Assembly: GCA_000002445.1 (NCBI GenBank)
Contig: CH464491.1
Coordinates: 3,904,001-3,968,000 of the forward strand
From: Trypanosoma brucei
Taxonomy: Eukaryota
Reading direction: 5' to 3'
Length of the DNA stretch: 64,000 bases
Both the position numbers and the translations under genes were made by a program. Every line of letters begins with the position of its first letter. The first letter of the stretch is position 1. The notes beneath the pieces were generated by a model that was not told the origin of the DNA, made no database searches, and saw only the letters and a list, made by a program, of their open reading frames with translations. Positions 1 through 11,411 of the stretch are shown one piece after another.

Positions 1-3000
1 CGGGTCCGTTACGGTCCCCTTCAGCAACTTCTCCAACACCTTAAAAGCAAGGTCCACAACATAAAAGCGCGAGCCTGGCTCGTCCCGCTCATCTGACCGG
101 TGCAACACACCGGAACTGAGGTGTGCGAGCAACATACATGAAAAATGGATGTGTAAAGTAAGATAATCCCTGTGCGCGACGCGATATATATCCTTCTTCC
201 TCTTCAAGTGGTCCCGCCGCTTCCTTTCTTCGGACTGTTTGTCATCCTTTTCAACAGTAATTGTACGCTCAGCAGCAAAAGTTGTGTGAGTACCGCCATG
301 AACAACTACTGTGCCGTTACTTTCAGTACTGCAGTGCTCTACAACCGATCCGTAGTCAATCACGCTCTTCTCATCAGACGCTCGGAAAGCACCCGCCTCC
401 TCTGATTCTGAAGAGGAAAAATTACTTCCGTCGTTCTGAACGAGCGTATTATCGTCACTTTCAGAGCTTGCCTCGCTCTGTTGCACCACCGATCCCGTTT
501 CCTGTTCATCCTCAACACAACTTCCTTCATCAGCATCAGTTGCATCGCGCTTCGCGAGGCTAATGATCACGTCACGTGATGGATAAGACGAGGATACGAC
601 ATGCCGTTCATTCTTTACTTCGCAAGACCCTGCAACACTCGTAAATTCTCCAAGGGCAGAGAGGTCACGATAAATTTCCATCCATAGGCGTTGGCCATGC
701 TCCTGCAGTCGCTCAATTGACCAAGATGCGAAAAATAGAACACTTACGAGTGGTTTCACAAAACTTAGCTCCAAAGAGGTCTCCACATCGTCTGGGTAAA
801 GGGGCATCGGGGAAAGACATGTACGACCTGAACATCTCTCTCTCCGCACCGTACTAAAAGCACGGCCTCTTACTGCTTCTTGTGATAGCCTCTGAAGTCC
901 GTGCCAGATGTTTTCCTCGGCAATCCATGCCATCTTACCTTTACCAGCAACATTAACGTTGGGACAGCGGCCGATTGACATTTCGAAATTTATGCAATTC
1001 ACCGACGACATCGCTGTGTAACTGGGTGCGATTCTATCATCTTTTGAAAACTCTGAAGCGATGTCGTTCAGCGCAGTGTCGTACTTTGTGGAACTACTTG
1101 GCGCACTTGACGCGTGCCTTTGGTTCAGAAGCCTCATTTGATATATTGAAAACAAAAAGAAATTGTAGTATGTGCTCTGTATCTGGGAGTCCAGGCTTAC
1201 ACGACCCTCTCCCACCCCCTGTGACAACTTTTCGCTGGAAATAAATCTATCAATGTAGTAGGCAATAGTGTTCTTATCAGCAATATCTATCATAGATGTC
1301 ACGAGGACTGCAATGAAGCGATCCCTTCCGGCACCTTCATATGCAATCCAACCACCCCATACTTCAGCAATGTAATTATCCGAAATTGAGTTTCGACATG
1401 CCTGAGTAACCTTTAACATAGTGCGAAGGCTTTCTTCTGTAGCTTCCACTTGTCGCACAAACAGAGACAGTAGCCTGAGTGCTATTTTTACTGAAACAGG
1501 GTGTATTGGAGCTGTAGATGAAACCGTGGCCCCTGCGGAAAGGATGATAGAGCTCGCCATTGTAAAGAAATTTTGCAAAAGCTGACCGGATACGTCCACG
1601 TTATCCCTTTGCATTCGTGTTGCGTTGAGAAGGAGGTAAAACCAACGAGCAAACCCATCCTCGCCACTTGTATCATTTATAAGCAGTTCTCCACAGAGCA
1701 ACTGCAGTAGCGCCTTCGCCTTGGAACGAACGATCGGATCAAAAACAGGTCCAACGGAAGACTCTTCGTACGAATACATCAATGCGTAAAAGATTAAGGA
1801 GCTGTTGGTTACTATCATTTTGTTCACGCCGTCGCAGCTTGTGCCGCTTCCCAGCAAACTTGCACGTGCGTCTGAGCTAGCATCAGAACGCGTTTGGTAG
1901 GATATACGCTTTACACAAACCCTCGGTGACGTCACCGTCCGCTCTAGACGACCCCACAGAACTGAAAAGGCAGTTACCATTATGGAGAACAGTGACCTGT
2001 GAACTGGGCTATCAACTGGCTCTTGGTGAAGCACACGACGCATTGATTCCCATGATGAAGCGTCAGCGACTAGAAGCGTCACCGCGATATTGAAGATACA
2101 CGGCATGTCACCCTCGAGGTTGGTGTTATTTGGCGGTAGAGCGTGCTGCAACCACTTCAGGAAATTCTCTGAAAAACTGTTTGCAATACTGGCTACGGTC
2201 GCACTCGGAGAGCCCCCTGTAAGTTGCTCCATTGATAATATAACCGTTTGCAAAGCAAGAACACCCTTCTCCATGGCAACTAGAACATTCGGATGCAACT
2301 GCGCCTCGGGGTTGTCATCGACTTGCAAAGGGTTTATGTCGAGAAACCACTGAACCTGATGTGTCAGGCTGTAAAATACTTTGAGAAGCAATATGCTCTT
2401 TAGTTGTGTTTCCAGGTACTTCGTTTCCTTTGAAAATATCAATGTCACCAAGTCGTAAAACAAACCACGAAGGAAAATAATGGTCATCGCTCCCCCAACT
2501 GTGTTACGGCTGAAAGAAGCCCTCAACTCATCACCGTTGTTCGTAGCTGGAAGACTCCGTGACAGCGCAAGCCAAGAGCGCGCGGCCACTCCATTTCCCT
2601 CGTCGAGTATTTGAAACAGAGTTTCTGCCTGAAGCTCTTGTTGTTCTTCAATGTTCTCACCAGCTTCAAACAGGCGTGTGTTACCAAGCAACAGAAAATC
2701 AATAGTCCCAACAATAATCTTCTCCATTTGCGTACGCTGTATGGCTAATTTCTCCTGCTCACGGCTTGGAATAATGGGAGGTTTTACAAAGAAGCGGCGA
2801 CCCACAACCACAAGGGTTGGCAAGAAAACAGATAAACACGCCCAGGCCTTATGTTCCGCATCCTTCGCTGAGTGGCTACAGTTGCATTTGTACAGGATAT
2901 CTCGAAGGCTCTTGATGAGGGGATGGTTACTGTCCATCACACCAGGAAAGGTAACGAGTGGCGTGTCCCGTGTCCATGTGTATTCAAGTGGTCCAAGATG

Positions 3001-6000
3001 AAGAAACTGCAAAACATCAAAAAAGGAGAACGTGGTAGTAGAACTCACTCCATACGTGATCAAGGGCACTGTGATGTCATCCATCAACTTGTTGTATTCC
3101 GCATATCGACTAATAATTTGCCACGTTACTTCTTTGTAGTCATCAAAATTACCCACAATCGTAGTATTTCCGCCATGCCGGTGCCCGGGTCGATTACGCT
3201 CGCCTCCAGCTGTCACGCGATTTGCATCCGGTAGGCTTTTGGTGTTATCGACAGATAATATCAAGAACCTCAAAACATAGCAAGACCTCCACAGAGGTAG
3301 TTTTCCCTCCATGTGGAGTTTCAAACCACGTTGGACTATTTCCCCTGCAAGGGCACACGTCACGCGCACAAGCGCGGAGCCAGGGTAGTAACAGTGGGTT
3401 GCGAGAACAAGTGCTAACGCAGACACGAATATGAGGAGATATGCCTCACTATCCGCCATCATGCAGCGGTCGCCAAGTGGAGTTGAGACCAGCGGGCTCC
3501 CCGAGTTGTTCACACGAATGTGCATTTCAACATCCGCAGGCGTCCCGCGTGAGGATTCTACTACACCTATATGCGTCCGGAATGACCTCTCTTCCACATA
3601 TCCCATTCCCTTTTGGTGCCTTTCAGACTTAGGATGCCAGCTGGTACTTGCGGGAAATGGGATGTAAGACTCCTCCAGTGATAAGTACATATCTTCGAAG
3701 CTTTCACCAACCTCCTTTAGAACCTCAGAAGCCGTGAATCGTTGATTCTGTGCTCCTTCGTGGCCATGAGTTCCCAACCTCATCCCAGCAGAAGTCCCGG
3801 GAGCATTGTGAGTCCTTCCAACAGCATCCTCATTCGTTGAGAGTTGGTCCCCACAATGGACGCGCTGCAGAGACAGTAGAGAAGCTAATATGTCCAACTG
3901 CAGGAGCGCCTGCTGCCGCACAGTGCGGCGAGTGTGACCAAGTAGAATGATAGCTAACCCTTCAAGTGCGTCCATGAGCGTTGTGCCTTCAAGTGCCCTC
4001 ACTACATACCAACCCTCTGATTCCGGCGAAGAAGAGCATGCTTCCAGTTGGTCAACATTTATGTTCATGGGTATTAACAGCCAATTCCATTTGTCTCTGC
4101 GTGAACCTACAGCACAGTTAAATGCCCCCACCTCTGCCCCCGCGGAAAAAAAATCCCATCGACGACCCAACTGAGGTGAATCCTTGACATCATCATGAGC
4201 CGTTCGCACGTACATGTCGTTGAGGGTTATGTACTCCATTTCGTCTCTAAGCTCTAGCAGGTGTGAAGTAAGATACTTCACCAACTCTTCCACACGCCCA
4301 TTATCTTCACTAACAAGTACGTCGATAACACTCTCAGCCAGCCTGTATATCGCGAAGGCACAACTACAAAGGCTTCGCCTCCCGTAACTACTCCCGTTGC
4401 TATTGTTTCCGCTCTTCAGGTAAAGCGGCAACACCACACGAGCAACGGCCTCCTTGAGTTGTGAGTCTGCGCCCACAAGAAGTTTCGGTAGCGTGAGGCT
4501 TCTATCGAGCATAGCGCATGCAGAAGTGAAAAAACCAGCGACAATAAGAACACTAACAAGTTGAAGCTTGAATTCGCTTGTACCGTTCATCGAACTCTCC
4601 TGCGCAGCATCATTTAGGTACTCAAAGGCTGCCTTACGTATATCGTTAATAGCGGTTCGTATGTTGTTCGTAAACTTTATAAAAGTAAGCAAATTTTTCA
4701 AGTGACCTTCGTGCCAAAGTGCAGTGGGTCCTTCGACCGTAGTGACGACATAGTTATAGCACGAACCGCGGTAAAATATCATTCCCATAATCTTACTTCG
4801 AATCTGTGTTTTTGTATCGGTAAAATCGTCATACAGCTCGTCAACAGTGTTGTGATACCCACAATTTAAATTACATGCAAGTACAGCGTTCTTAGTGCCA
4901 TTTTTCTTCTCAGACATCTTTGAGTCCACTGAAAAGTACTTCAACTCACAGAGCGCAGAGAGCGCGCGCATGGCAATGAGTTGGCCGTAGCAGATGGTCG
5001 GACCCTTTACACTTTTTACAGACCCTCTTGTTTTGTTCCTGCAATCGAGCAACCTTAACAGCCAACCTGTTGCTTTGAGGTAGAAGTGTTCCTGCTGCAG
5101 GCAAAACAATAACAAATCTGATGCCGCCATAATGCACGCCGGAGCACCAGTGCCTTCCCGCCACTTTTCGTTGTGTAGGTCCTTCACCAACATCTTTTCC
5201 GTATAGTAAAGAAAGCACTCGGTGCAGCTCTTTACATCTTCAGCCAATGCCGTCGCGTTTCTTAGGTGCAGATCAACAAGTAGCCCACCAACGTGTAACG
5301 TGGAGTAAAGAATGGAGCTTCTGTCTATATTATCAACCGAAGAGAACAAATTTCTCAATGTCTTCAAAAAGCTCGGCATTTTTTTCAAAAGAGATGCTGG
5401 GGACACACAACCCAGCATCGCGGCAACGGAAATAGCATACCACATGGAATATTTGCACTTTCGCCAGGAGTCTAATTCGCCTAGCAGCATCTCGGATATC
5501 GGTTGCCCCGAAGAACCCACCAACTGATCATGTATTTTGGTATTGCCGTTGTCTGGTACAGGTTGCGGAAACAAACAACCCAAAAGTAGCAATGTGACGA
5601 CACCACGTAGTCGCTTCTCCTTCTTCGCATGTGGCAGTATCTTCTTCACAAGAACGAGTAATACTACAAGTGAATCCACGCTACCTGGACCATTGTGAAA
5701 AATGTGGCACATATATAGTGCGTCGAAGAAAACAGTAACAAACATACTTTCCACGGCTTTTGTTCCTTTTGAGGCCTCAACCGACTTCAGGGATGAGCAT
5801 TTGCTGAATAATTCCGTCGCTAAGTCTTGAAATCGAGTAGATAGAAACGATGGCAGCTTTCCACTCAAAATGATTGGGAGACCCCCCACCTGTGCGTCAT
5901 TAGTCAAAGAAGTTCTACCACCCCTAGTTTTTTCAGACCAGTTGCGGTGAAAGTGCCAAAGGCATTCCAAGTCCTGCACAAGTACCTGACGGTTTGCTTG

Positions 6001-7164
6001 AGGAATACCCGACCTCACCCTACTTACAATATCATCCCACCTCACACTTTCCCAAGTTTCGCACGAGAGACGTGCTTCCTTCAGCAACGAAACACAAAGA
6101 CGCACCGAACTCATACAGTGCCCTCTAACAGCTTGCTCATCAATTTGAGATAAAAGGTCGTAGCAAGAGCTAGAGAGCAAGGAATAGTACACACGTGACG
6201 GTGACACAATGCTGCAACCTGCACTCTGTAGTACCGCATGGTAATGGGCCTCCAATTTCACTGCAAGATCGTGTGTCAGGAAAAACACCGGTGGGAGAAG
6301 TGACAACTGTGAACCGTAATCATTTTTATTGGCGCCGGAAGCATCCGCGTCGCTGCACAAAAGTCGACATGAATAAAGCAATCCACCTGCACACACGGCA
6401 GAAGCATTGTGTGCGTCAAGTACGACAGAGACACTCAACGCCCACACCAACTCAACCACACTGGCCAATAAATGAGCCTCACTCCAATCCCATTGTGCAG
6501 ATGCACCACTTGTCACGTGCGAGTCTACTGCAACCATGGACCTGGTTAGAGATCCTGGTGGGCATGTTTTCCTTAATCGTGTACAGAGTTTCGAGATTGA
6601 GTCCTTGATAGCCGCCACGACGTTTTCATGCAACACGTCTAGGAGGGAAACCGGGATGTTTCCCAATGTCCCCAGTGCCTCGTTATTGGGGACAGAAGAA
6701 GAAGGCCCTGTGGTTCCACTCATGCGTTTGAAGTCAAGAATATTGGCCATGAAAGTGTTTCGTACCATCGTGAGCTGCGCTACAACATCACTAGTTGTCA
6801 ATCGCCACCGCATGTGTGTAGAGTCCGCAGATTTTGTTTCTTCTAAAGAGGGAGCACAATATCTCCCCTTCACTATGTGAGTCCACTGAGCCAAATCCTC
6901 TCCAGCCAACCTCGTCAGCTCCGCCATCGCTGTCCCACGCAAGGGCAACCTTGACTCGGTATCATCGCTATCTTTATCAAGTAGGACAGCGTTATTATGG
7001 TTCCCCCTTTTCTTCAGCAGAAATTCGATGAGAGTTTTCTTCTCCCTGGAGTTGGATCTAAACATTTGGTTAATTGAATCATTGATATGAAGTCCATCGA
7101 CACGGACGAGAAATGCATACACAATATTGGCATATGATATACCAAAGTGCTCCGGATGACTCAT
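1..7164 (-). CDS. Very large hypothetical protein, 3'-truncated by the window (at least 2388 codons inside the window). N-terminus MSHPEHFGISYANIVYAFLVRVDGLHINDSINQMFRSNSREKKTLIEFLLKKRGNHNNAVLLDKDSDD...
   Basis: Hand translation of the minus strand. ATG at 7164..7162 (plus 'cat') is preceded by an in-frame stop at 7230..7228 with no other ATG between. The first 68 codons were read open by hand. The ORF track lists no complete minus ORF ending near 7164 although it would exceed 60 aa, so the frame must stay open to position 1 (7164 is divisible by 3). The coding-like composition of 200-7100 supports this. Confidence 0.6.
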   Translation of the reverse strand, partial: MSHPEHFGISYANIVYAFLVRVDGLHINDSINQMFRSNSREKKTLIEFLLKKRGNHNNAVLLDKDSDDTESRLPLRGTAMAELTRLAGEDLAQWTHIVKGRYCAPSLEETKSADSTHMRWRLTTSDVVAQLTMVRNTFMANILDFKRMSGTTGPSSSVPNNEALGTLGNIPVSLLDVLHENVVAAIKDSISKLCTRLRKTCPPGSLTRSMVAVDSHVTSGASAQWDWSEAHLLASVVELVWALSVSVVLDAHNASAVCAGGLLYSCRLLCSDADASGANKNDYGSQLSLLPPVFFLTHDLAVKLEAHYHAVLQSAGCSIVSPSRVYYSLLSSSCYDLLSQIDEQAVRGHCMSSVRLCVSLLKEARLSCETWESVRWDDIVSRVRSGIPQANRQVLVQDLECLWHFHRNWSEKTRGGRTSLTNDAQVGGLPIILSGKLPSFLSTRFQDLATELFSKCSSLKSVEASKGTKAVESMFVTVFFDALYMCHIFHNGPGSVDSLVVLLVLVKKILPHAKKEKRLRGVVTLLLLGCLFPQPVPDNGNTKIHDQLVGSSGQPISEMLLGELDSWRKCKYSMWYAISVAAMLGCVSPASLLKKMPSFLKTLRNLFSSVDNIDRSSILYSTLHVGGLLVDLHLRNATALAEDVKSCTECFLYYTEKMLVKDLHNEKWREGTGAPACIMAASDLLLFCLQQEHFYLKATGWLLRLLDCRNKTRGSVKSVKGPTICYGQLIAMRALSALCELKYFSVDSKMSEKKNGTKNAVLACNLNCGYHNTVDELYDDFTDTKTQIRSKIMGMIFYRGSCYNYVVTTVEGPTALWHEGHLKNLLTFIKFTNNIRTAINDIRKAAFEYLNDAAQESSMNGTSEFKLQLVSVLIVAGFFTSACAMLDRSLTLPKLLVGADSQLKEAVARVVLPLYLKSGNNSNGSSYGRRSLCSCAFAIYRLAESVIDVLVSEDNGRVEELVKYLTSHLLELRDEMEYITLNDMYVRTAHDDVKDSPQLGRRWDFFSAGAEVGAFNCAVGSRRDKWNWLLIPMNINVDQLEACSSSPESEGWYVVRALEGTTLMDALEGLAIILLGHTRRTVRQQALLQLDILASLLSLQRVHCGDQLSTNEDAVGRTHNAPGTSAGMRLGTHGHEGAQNQRFTASEVLKEVGESFEDMYLSLEESYIPFPASTSWHPKSERHQKGMGYVEERSFRTHIGVVESSRGTPADVEMHIRVNNSGSPLVSTPLGDRCMMADSEAYLLIFVSALALVLATHCYYPGSALVRVTCALAGEIVQRGLKLHMEGKLPLWRSCYVLRFLILSVDNTKSLPDANRVTAGGERNRPGHRHGGNTTIVGNFDDYKEVTWQIISRYAEYNKLMDDITVPLITYGVSSTTTFSFFDVLQFLHLGPLEYTWTRDTPLVTFPGVMDSNHPLIKSLRDILYKCNCSHSAKDAEHKAWACLSVFLPTLVVVGRRFFVKPPIIPSREQEKLAIQRTQMEKIIVGTIDFLLLGNTRLFEAGENIEEQQELQAETLFQILDEGNGVAARSWLALSRSLPATNNGDELRASFSRNTVGGAMTIIFLRGLFYDLVTLIFSKETKYLETQLKSILLLKVFYSLTHQVQWFLDINPLQVDDNPEAQLHPNVLVAMEKGVLALQTVILSMEQLTGGSPSATVASIANSFSENFLKWLQHALPPNNTNLEGDMPCIFNIAVTLLVADASSWESMRRVLHQEPVDSPVHRSLFSIMVTAFSVLWGRLERTVTSPRVCVKRISYQTRSDASSDARASLLGSGTSCDGVNKMIVTNSSLIFYALMYSYEESSVGPVFDPIVRSKAKALLQLLCGELLINDTSGEDGFARWFYLLLNATRMQRDNVDVSGQLLQNFFTMASSIILSAGATVSSTAPIHPVSVKIALRLLSLFVRQVEATEESLRTMLKVTQACRNSISDNYIAEVWGGWIAYEGAGRDRFIAVLVTSMIDIADKNTIAYYIDRFISSEKLSQGVGEGRVSLDSQIQSTYYNFFLFSIYQMRLLNQRHASSAPSSSTKYDTALNDIASEFSKDDRIAPSYTAMSSVNCINFEMSIGRCPNVNVAGKGKMAWIAEENIWHGLQRLSQEAVRGRAFSTVRRERCSGRTCLSPMPLYPDDVETSLELSFVKPLVSVLFFASWSIERLQEHGQRLWMEIYRDLSALGEFTSVAGSCEVKNERHVVSSSYPSRDVIISLAKRDATDADEGSCVEDEQETGSVVQQSEASSESDDNTLVQNDGSNFSSSESEEAGAFRASDEKSVIDYGSVVEHCSTESNGTVVVHGGTHTTFAAERTITVEKDDKQSEERKRRDHLKRKKDIYRVAHRDYLTLHIHFSCMLLAHLSSGVLHRSDERDEPGSRFYVVDLAFKVLEKLLKGTVTDP

Positions 7165-8955
7165 ATGACCCTCAAAACGACAGCTAATATAGAATGAAAG
7201 GGTACCACACAATTGCCTCCTCTCCTCTTTCAAACGTCCCTTCTTCCTCACGGTATATTATTTAAAACCTCTACCTGCTGTTGGTGTCTTTACAATCTTT
7301 CCCCCTCCGTATCGCAACCGGACGGCGGTGAGCGATATCTCCCCCTGCTCACTCTTCACACTTTAACTTCTTCTCACCGAAAATAAGAAAAAAGGAACGA
7401 CGACTCTCCCTGAGAGAAAATTTATATAATATGAGATTCTTTTTCACGGTGAATCGTCTTCCGGCTACTAGCCGTGATGCATGAAACTTACATGCAACGA
7501 ACAAAAATACTTCACCTAACCTAGAGTTCTCTGTTGTCTCAGCCAATTTCCTACCTTTCCGTGGTAGCGCCGTATCACTCCGCTCTATATTTACTTCTTT
7601 ATAGCACTTGATGAAATACTTAACCGACGCTTCCTTTTATTTATCACGTTCGACTTGTTTTCCCCTTCTCTCGTGAGTGCGGAGCCAATGACGAAGATCA
7701 GTTGTTGTTGTTTTTTTTTTTTAATATGCTTTCTCTCGTGAGTTTTCACGCACACTACGTGTAAAAACAAGGAAATTTCTCATAGAAGAACAGATGAAAA
7801 AAAAAAAAGAAACGATAAAATTCGATACGAATATGACAATTAACATTAAAAAAAAAGAAGCAGATGATAATGTTCTCTTTTCACTGGGCAACAGAGATAC
7901 CAAAAAGCAAAAAAATATATACGGAAGAAAAGGCACAATCCACGGGGAAACGACGCAACGACTTGTGAACATAAAAAGAAACATCACACGAAAAATCATT
8001 CGGTCGCTTTCCCCCGATTTAACACCCCTCCTACTCACGCACTAACTCAATTGCACCCAACTAATCCTAAATATTTCATTTTATTGTAACGCATTGCTTA
8101 CATACTCTTCATTCATTTTTTTTTTTTCTCTCTCTCTCTCTCTCCTTACAACTTCCTTTTTCTCCATATTTATTCTTTTCTCTCCACCTCTATGGGTCCC
8201 TCTTGCGTTGTCTCGACACTTCCCACAAGTTCTTTCGGTCATCACCCGTCATGTTGCCACTTTGAGGGCAATCAAGTAAACACATACATGCTCGATGACA
8301 TGTAATGTACGCAACTGCACACAACAGGAAGGAGAACAACGCAAGGAAAAAAGGGGGAAAACAACAACAATAACAACAAAAAACAAAACCAAAAAAATAC
8401 ACCTCCCCGAGTGCGTGACGGCGCAGTCCGCACTAATAATACGGCAACAGACACACACGCACACATTATTTCTGCCTTTAAAACAAGAAAATAAAATACA
8501 CAGAAGGGGATATATTGATGTATAAGGTGTTACGCGGGCGGTGACAGCTAAATGTAAACCACACAAAACATATTTACACCTCAAAACCTCAGGTCCGCTA
8601 CCCTCATTTGTAAACATGTGGCAGGCCGCAGAGATGTTGATTAATGGAGGGTCCACTCTTTCTTTTTCTTCCTCTTCATTCAAGCCTCATCCACATGTAA
8701 ATACAGTCCCTTCCCCCCTCTCTTTACCTTTGATGTTGAAATAACCGAAACAAATTTGTTAAATGACAGAAAAAGGAAAACAAAAAAAGAGGGGGTGAGG
8801 AGGAAACAAAAAAAAAATTAAAAAACATAAACGAGAGGGAGGGGAATACACATACAATAGCAGGTAAGAAAAAGAATTTGAGCCTCAACTACGGTAACAA
8901 AGGTGAATCATATGCGCAAATTTGCCTACATGTCCCCCAGAATATTACCTGAGCT

Positions 8956-10932
8956 TTACACATACACGTTAAACGGTGCTTTTGCCCACGATGAAGTTGT
9001 TGCGGCGGGTTTCACAGTTTTCTTTGGTGGCGTATAAAGGCGGTCGTAAACGCTTTTCTTTTGACGGAAATTACTGCCCTCCCCAGACGAGATGCTGTTG
9101 TCACCATTCATTTCCACATGAGCGTGAGTATTCATGCGACCATACGGTAGAATTTTATGGTCAACGATGTTATCCAAAGGTGATGGGACTGTTGATGTAG
9201 TGGAAACACGTGCATAATGCTCGTGCACTCCCTTGCGACGGGGTGTGCGTTCGCCATTTCTCTCCGAGCCGAATAATTTTTTTGAAACCATGAACCCCTC
9301 CTTGCCATCATTAAAAGAGCTTGAGGGGGTTTTGTCTAGCAGAATGCTCAACTCCTCGTTTAAGTTCGGCTCCTCATATTGCCGCACATCCGTATGTTTG
9401 CTCATTCCGTTAGAGCGTGTGCCAACCTGCTCATGTGGTTTCACACCCGACTTACCGGACGGTGTAATGGATGGAGAAGAGGTGGATGACGAGGGCGCGC
9501 CCACTTTGGCACGGGCCCGCTGTTTTTTCTTCAAAATGGACCGTTCGAGCATACTCTGAGCATTTGTAGATAGGCTCAAGAGGTTGAGTATAAAGGAATA
9601 ATCCGTACCGTTCCGCTGCAGAACAGAAAACGCTTCGTGGTGCCGCAGCTTCATCAGTTGTTTCAGCAGAGTTGCCACTTCAGCCTCCTCAAACGATGAG
9701 TTGGTATACCACATGGTTTCCCCACCTGAAACGGACGAAGATTCGGGAAACTGAGTTGCCGACGAGGGCATCTTAGCCCGTCGGCGACGCAATAAAATTT
9801 TCTCGACGGCTTCCGCCACTCTCACACATTGTGGTGAGCCATTTAAGTCATCAGCATTATCTTTATCCTCACTGTCGTCATCATCGCTCGAAAGTATTGT
9901 AAACTGGTGAAATTGGTTTTCATATTTTGTGGCTTTGCCTTCGGCGGGACACCATATGATGATGGCCTCCCTCTCGTCCATCGCAAAGCGCCCGATCTTC
10001 GAATAGCGACCGCGCTCACCCCTCAATAGACAAAAGACCTCCTGCTGCAACCGGCTGAGATGCGTTAAACGTTTGTCTTGAGGTGACCGTGCTGTGAGAA
10101 GTGGTGGTGCAAGTTCTGGTATCTTTCTTGTCTTCAGTATGTGGCACAAGACACTGCGAGGGAGCTCTGTCAGGAAGTTATAAAGTTCAAGCCACTCTTT
10201 TGGATCAACTTCCGGGTTTTGTACTGCCTCGATAAGTTCCATCAGCTCCCTTGCGACTCCGCCATCCAACGCTGGAGAAAGAAGAAATGACGGCAACTTC
10301 TCTCCACCAAGCAATGAGTAGCCGAGGCATAAGTCAACATCTTGCGACAAAGGTGAAGGTGTTTCCTTGCCCTGCCGTGGAATGGGGCTAATGCATCGAA
10401 GAGCATCAGTACTCACCATTTGCACGAGTGCATCATTTTCGTTAACCACTCGAAACGCGGCATCGGTTGTTTGTGTTCCCCGCTCCCGCCTCTGTGGGGT
10501 CTCGTTCATGTAAGGAGCTGTGGCAGTGGAGGGTCGCCGTGATCTTGCGGCACTGTTCAAACCACTTCCGCTAATGCGAGTAAGCCAGTGAGGATGCCTG
10601 GCGGGAGTGTTCTCGCCATTTGTGCGGGATTCCTGCGGATGAGCAGATGGCTCATGTTTACTACTGAATGTATTGTTACTTGTTGCTGTGAGGCCATTTG
10701 TACGCTCGGGTCTTGAAGACACGACGCTTCGGGAGCCCTCGCTCCGGCACGCTGCTGTTCCGGGTGTACTTCCGCTACGGTATTTATTTGGTACGGGCCG
10801 AGGAGGGGACGCGCGGGTTCCACGTGGCCGGTGAAGTCCTCGACTGCGGCGCGGTGACGAGTTTTGTATGTACAAAAAGAAAACCACCGAGACGATACTT
10901 AGTCCCGCCCACGCTAGTTTTTCCCTATCCAT
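8956..10932 (-). CDS. Hypothetical Ser/Pro/Arg-rich protein (~658 aa)
   Basis: Long minus ORF 8956..10941. The track start at 10941 is GTG (plus 'cac'). The first ATG is 9 nt downstream (M-D-R-E-K...). No recognisable domain. Same orientation as the transcription unit. Confidence 0.55.
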   Translation of the reverse strand: MDREKLAWAGLSIVSVVFFLYIQNSSPRRSRGLHRPRGTRASPPRPVPNKYRSGSTPGTAACRSEGSRSVVSSRPERTNGLTATSNNTFSSKHEPSAHPQESRTNGENTPARHPHWLTRISGSGLNSAARSRRPSTATAPYMNETPQRRERGTQTTDAAFRVVNENDALVQMVSTDALRCISPIPRQGKETPSPLSQDVDLCLGYSLLGGEKLPSFLLSPALDGGVARELMELIEAVQNPEVDPKEWLELYNFLTELPRSVLCHILKTRKIPELAPPLLTARSPQDKRLTHLSRLQQEVFCLLRGERGRYSKIGRFAMDEREAIIIWCPAEGKATKYENQFHQFTILSSDDDDSEDKDNADDLNGSPQCVRVAEAVEKILLRRRRAKMPSSATQFPESSSVSGGETMWYTNSSFEEAEVATLLKQLMKLRHHEAFSVLQRNGTDYSFILNLLSLSTNAQSMLERSILKKKQRARAKVGAPSSSTSSPSITPSGKSGVKPHEQVGTRSNGMSKHTDVRQYEEPNLNEELSILLDKTPSSSFNDGKEGFMVSKKLFGSERNGERTPRRKGVHEHYARVSTTSTVPSPLDNIVDHKILPYGRMNTHAHVEMNGDNSISSGEGSNFRQKKSVYDRLYTPPKKTVKPAATTSSWAKAPFNVYV

Positions 10933-11411
10933 TGAAAACACACAAACGAAATATCACAACAATTCTATGATTACAGTTTTATTAATCTATGGTTATTGAT
11001 ACGTGCGTTTCTTTTATGTGAAGAAAACGCTTAACGAGGAAGTATTGCTTTTAAGAAAGCTCTACTATCCTCTCTGCTGCTCCTTACCAGTACGCACCAG
11101 CTGTTGACTCAAACAGCTTACCAAAGTCTGAATAGCTGCGGTGCGTAAACCCTTGTGGCATAAAAAAAAAGGGGGGCAAAGAGAATGGGAGAAAAAGAGA
11201 CAAAAATGCACAAACGGCCAGACTACCTCGGCGCACAAATACTAGGTAACAATTATATTGCGGTACCCTCTTTGGTCTTTTTTTTTTTTACCGCAAAGTA
11301 AATATGTTAAAAAGATATTTGGAATCTTCAGGAAAACGTGAATCGTTCCCCCTCAAAAAATAAAAAAACATGGGACGTACAACCACAACTCATGATACGA
11401 TACGTGAGAAC

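Noticed and set aside
8249-8683. 144-aa minus ORF and overlapping plus ORFs in the 7.2-8.9 kb spacer
   Set aside because: Low-complexity translations (poly-Phe/Cys/Val from A/C-rich DNA) and mutually overlapping frames. Typical chance ORFs in a UTR region.
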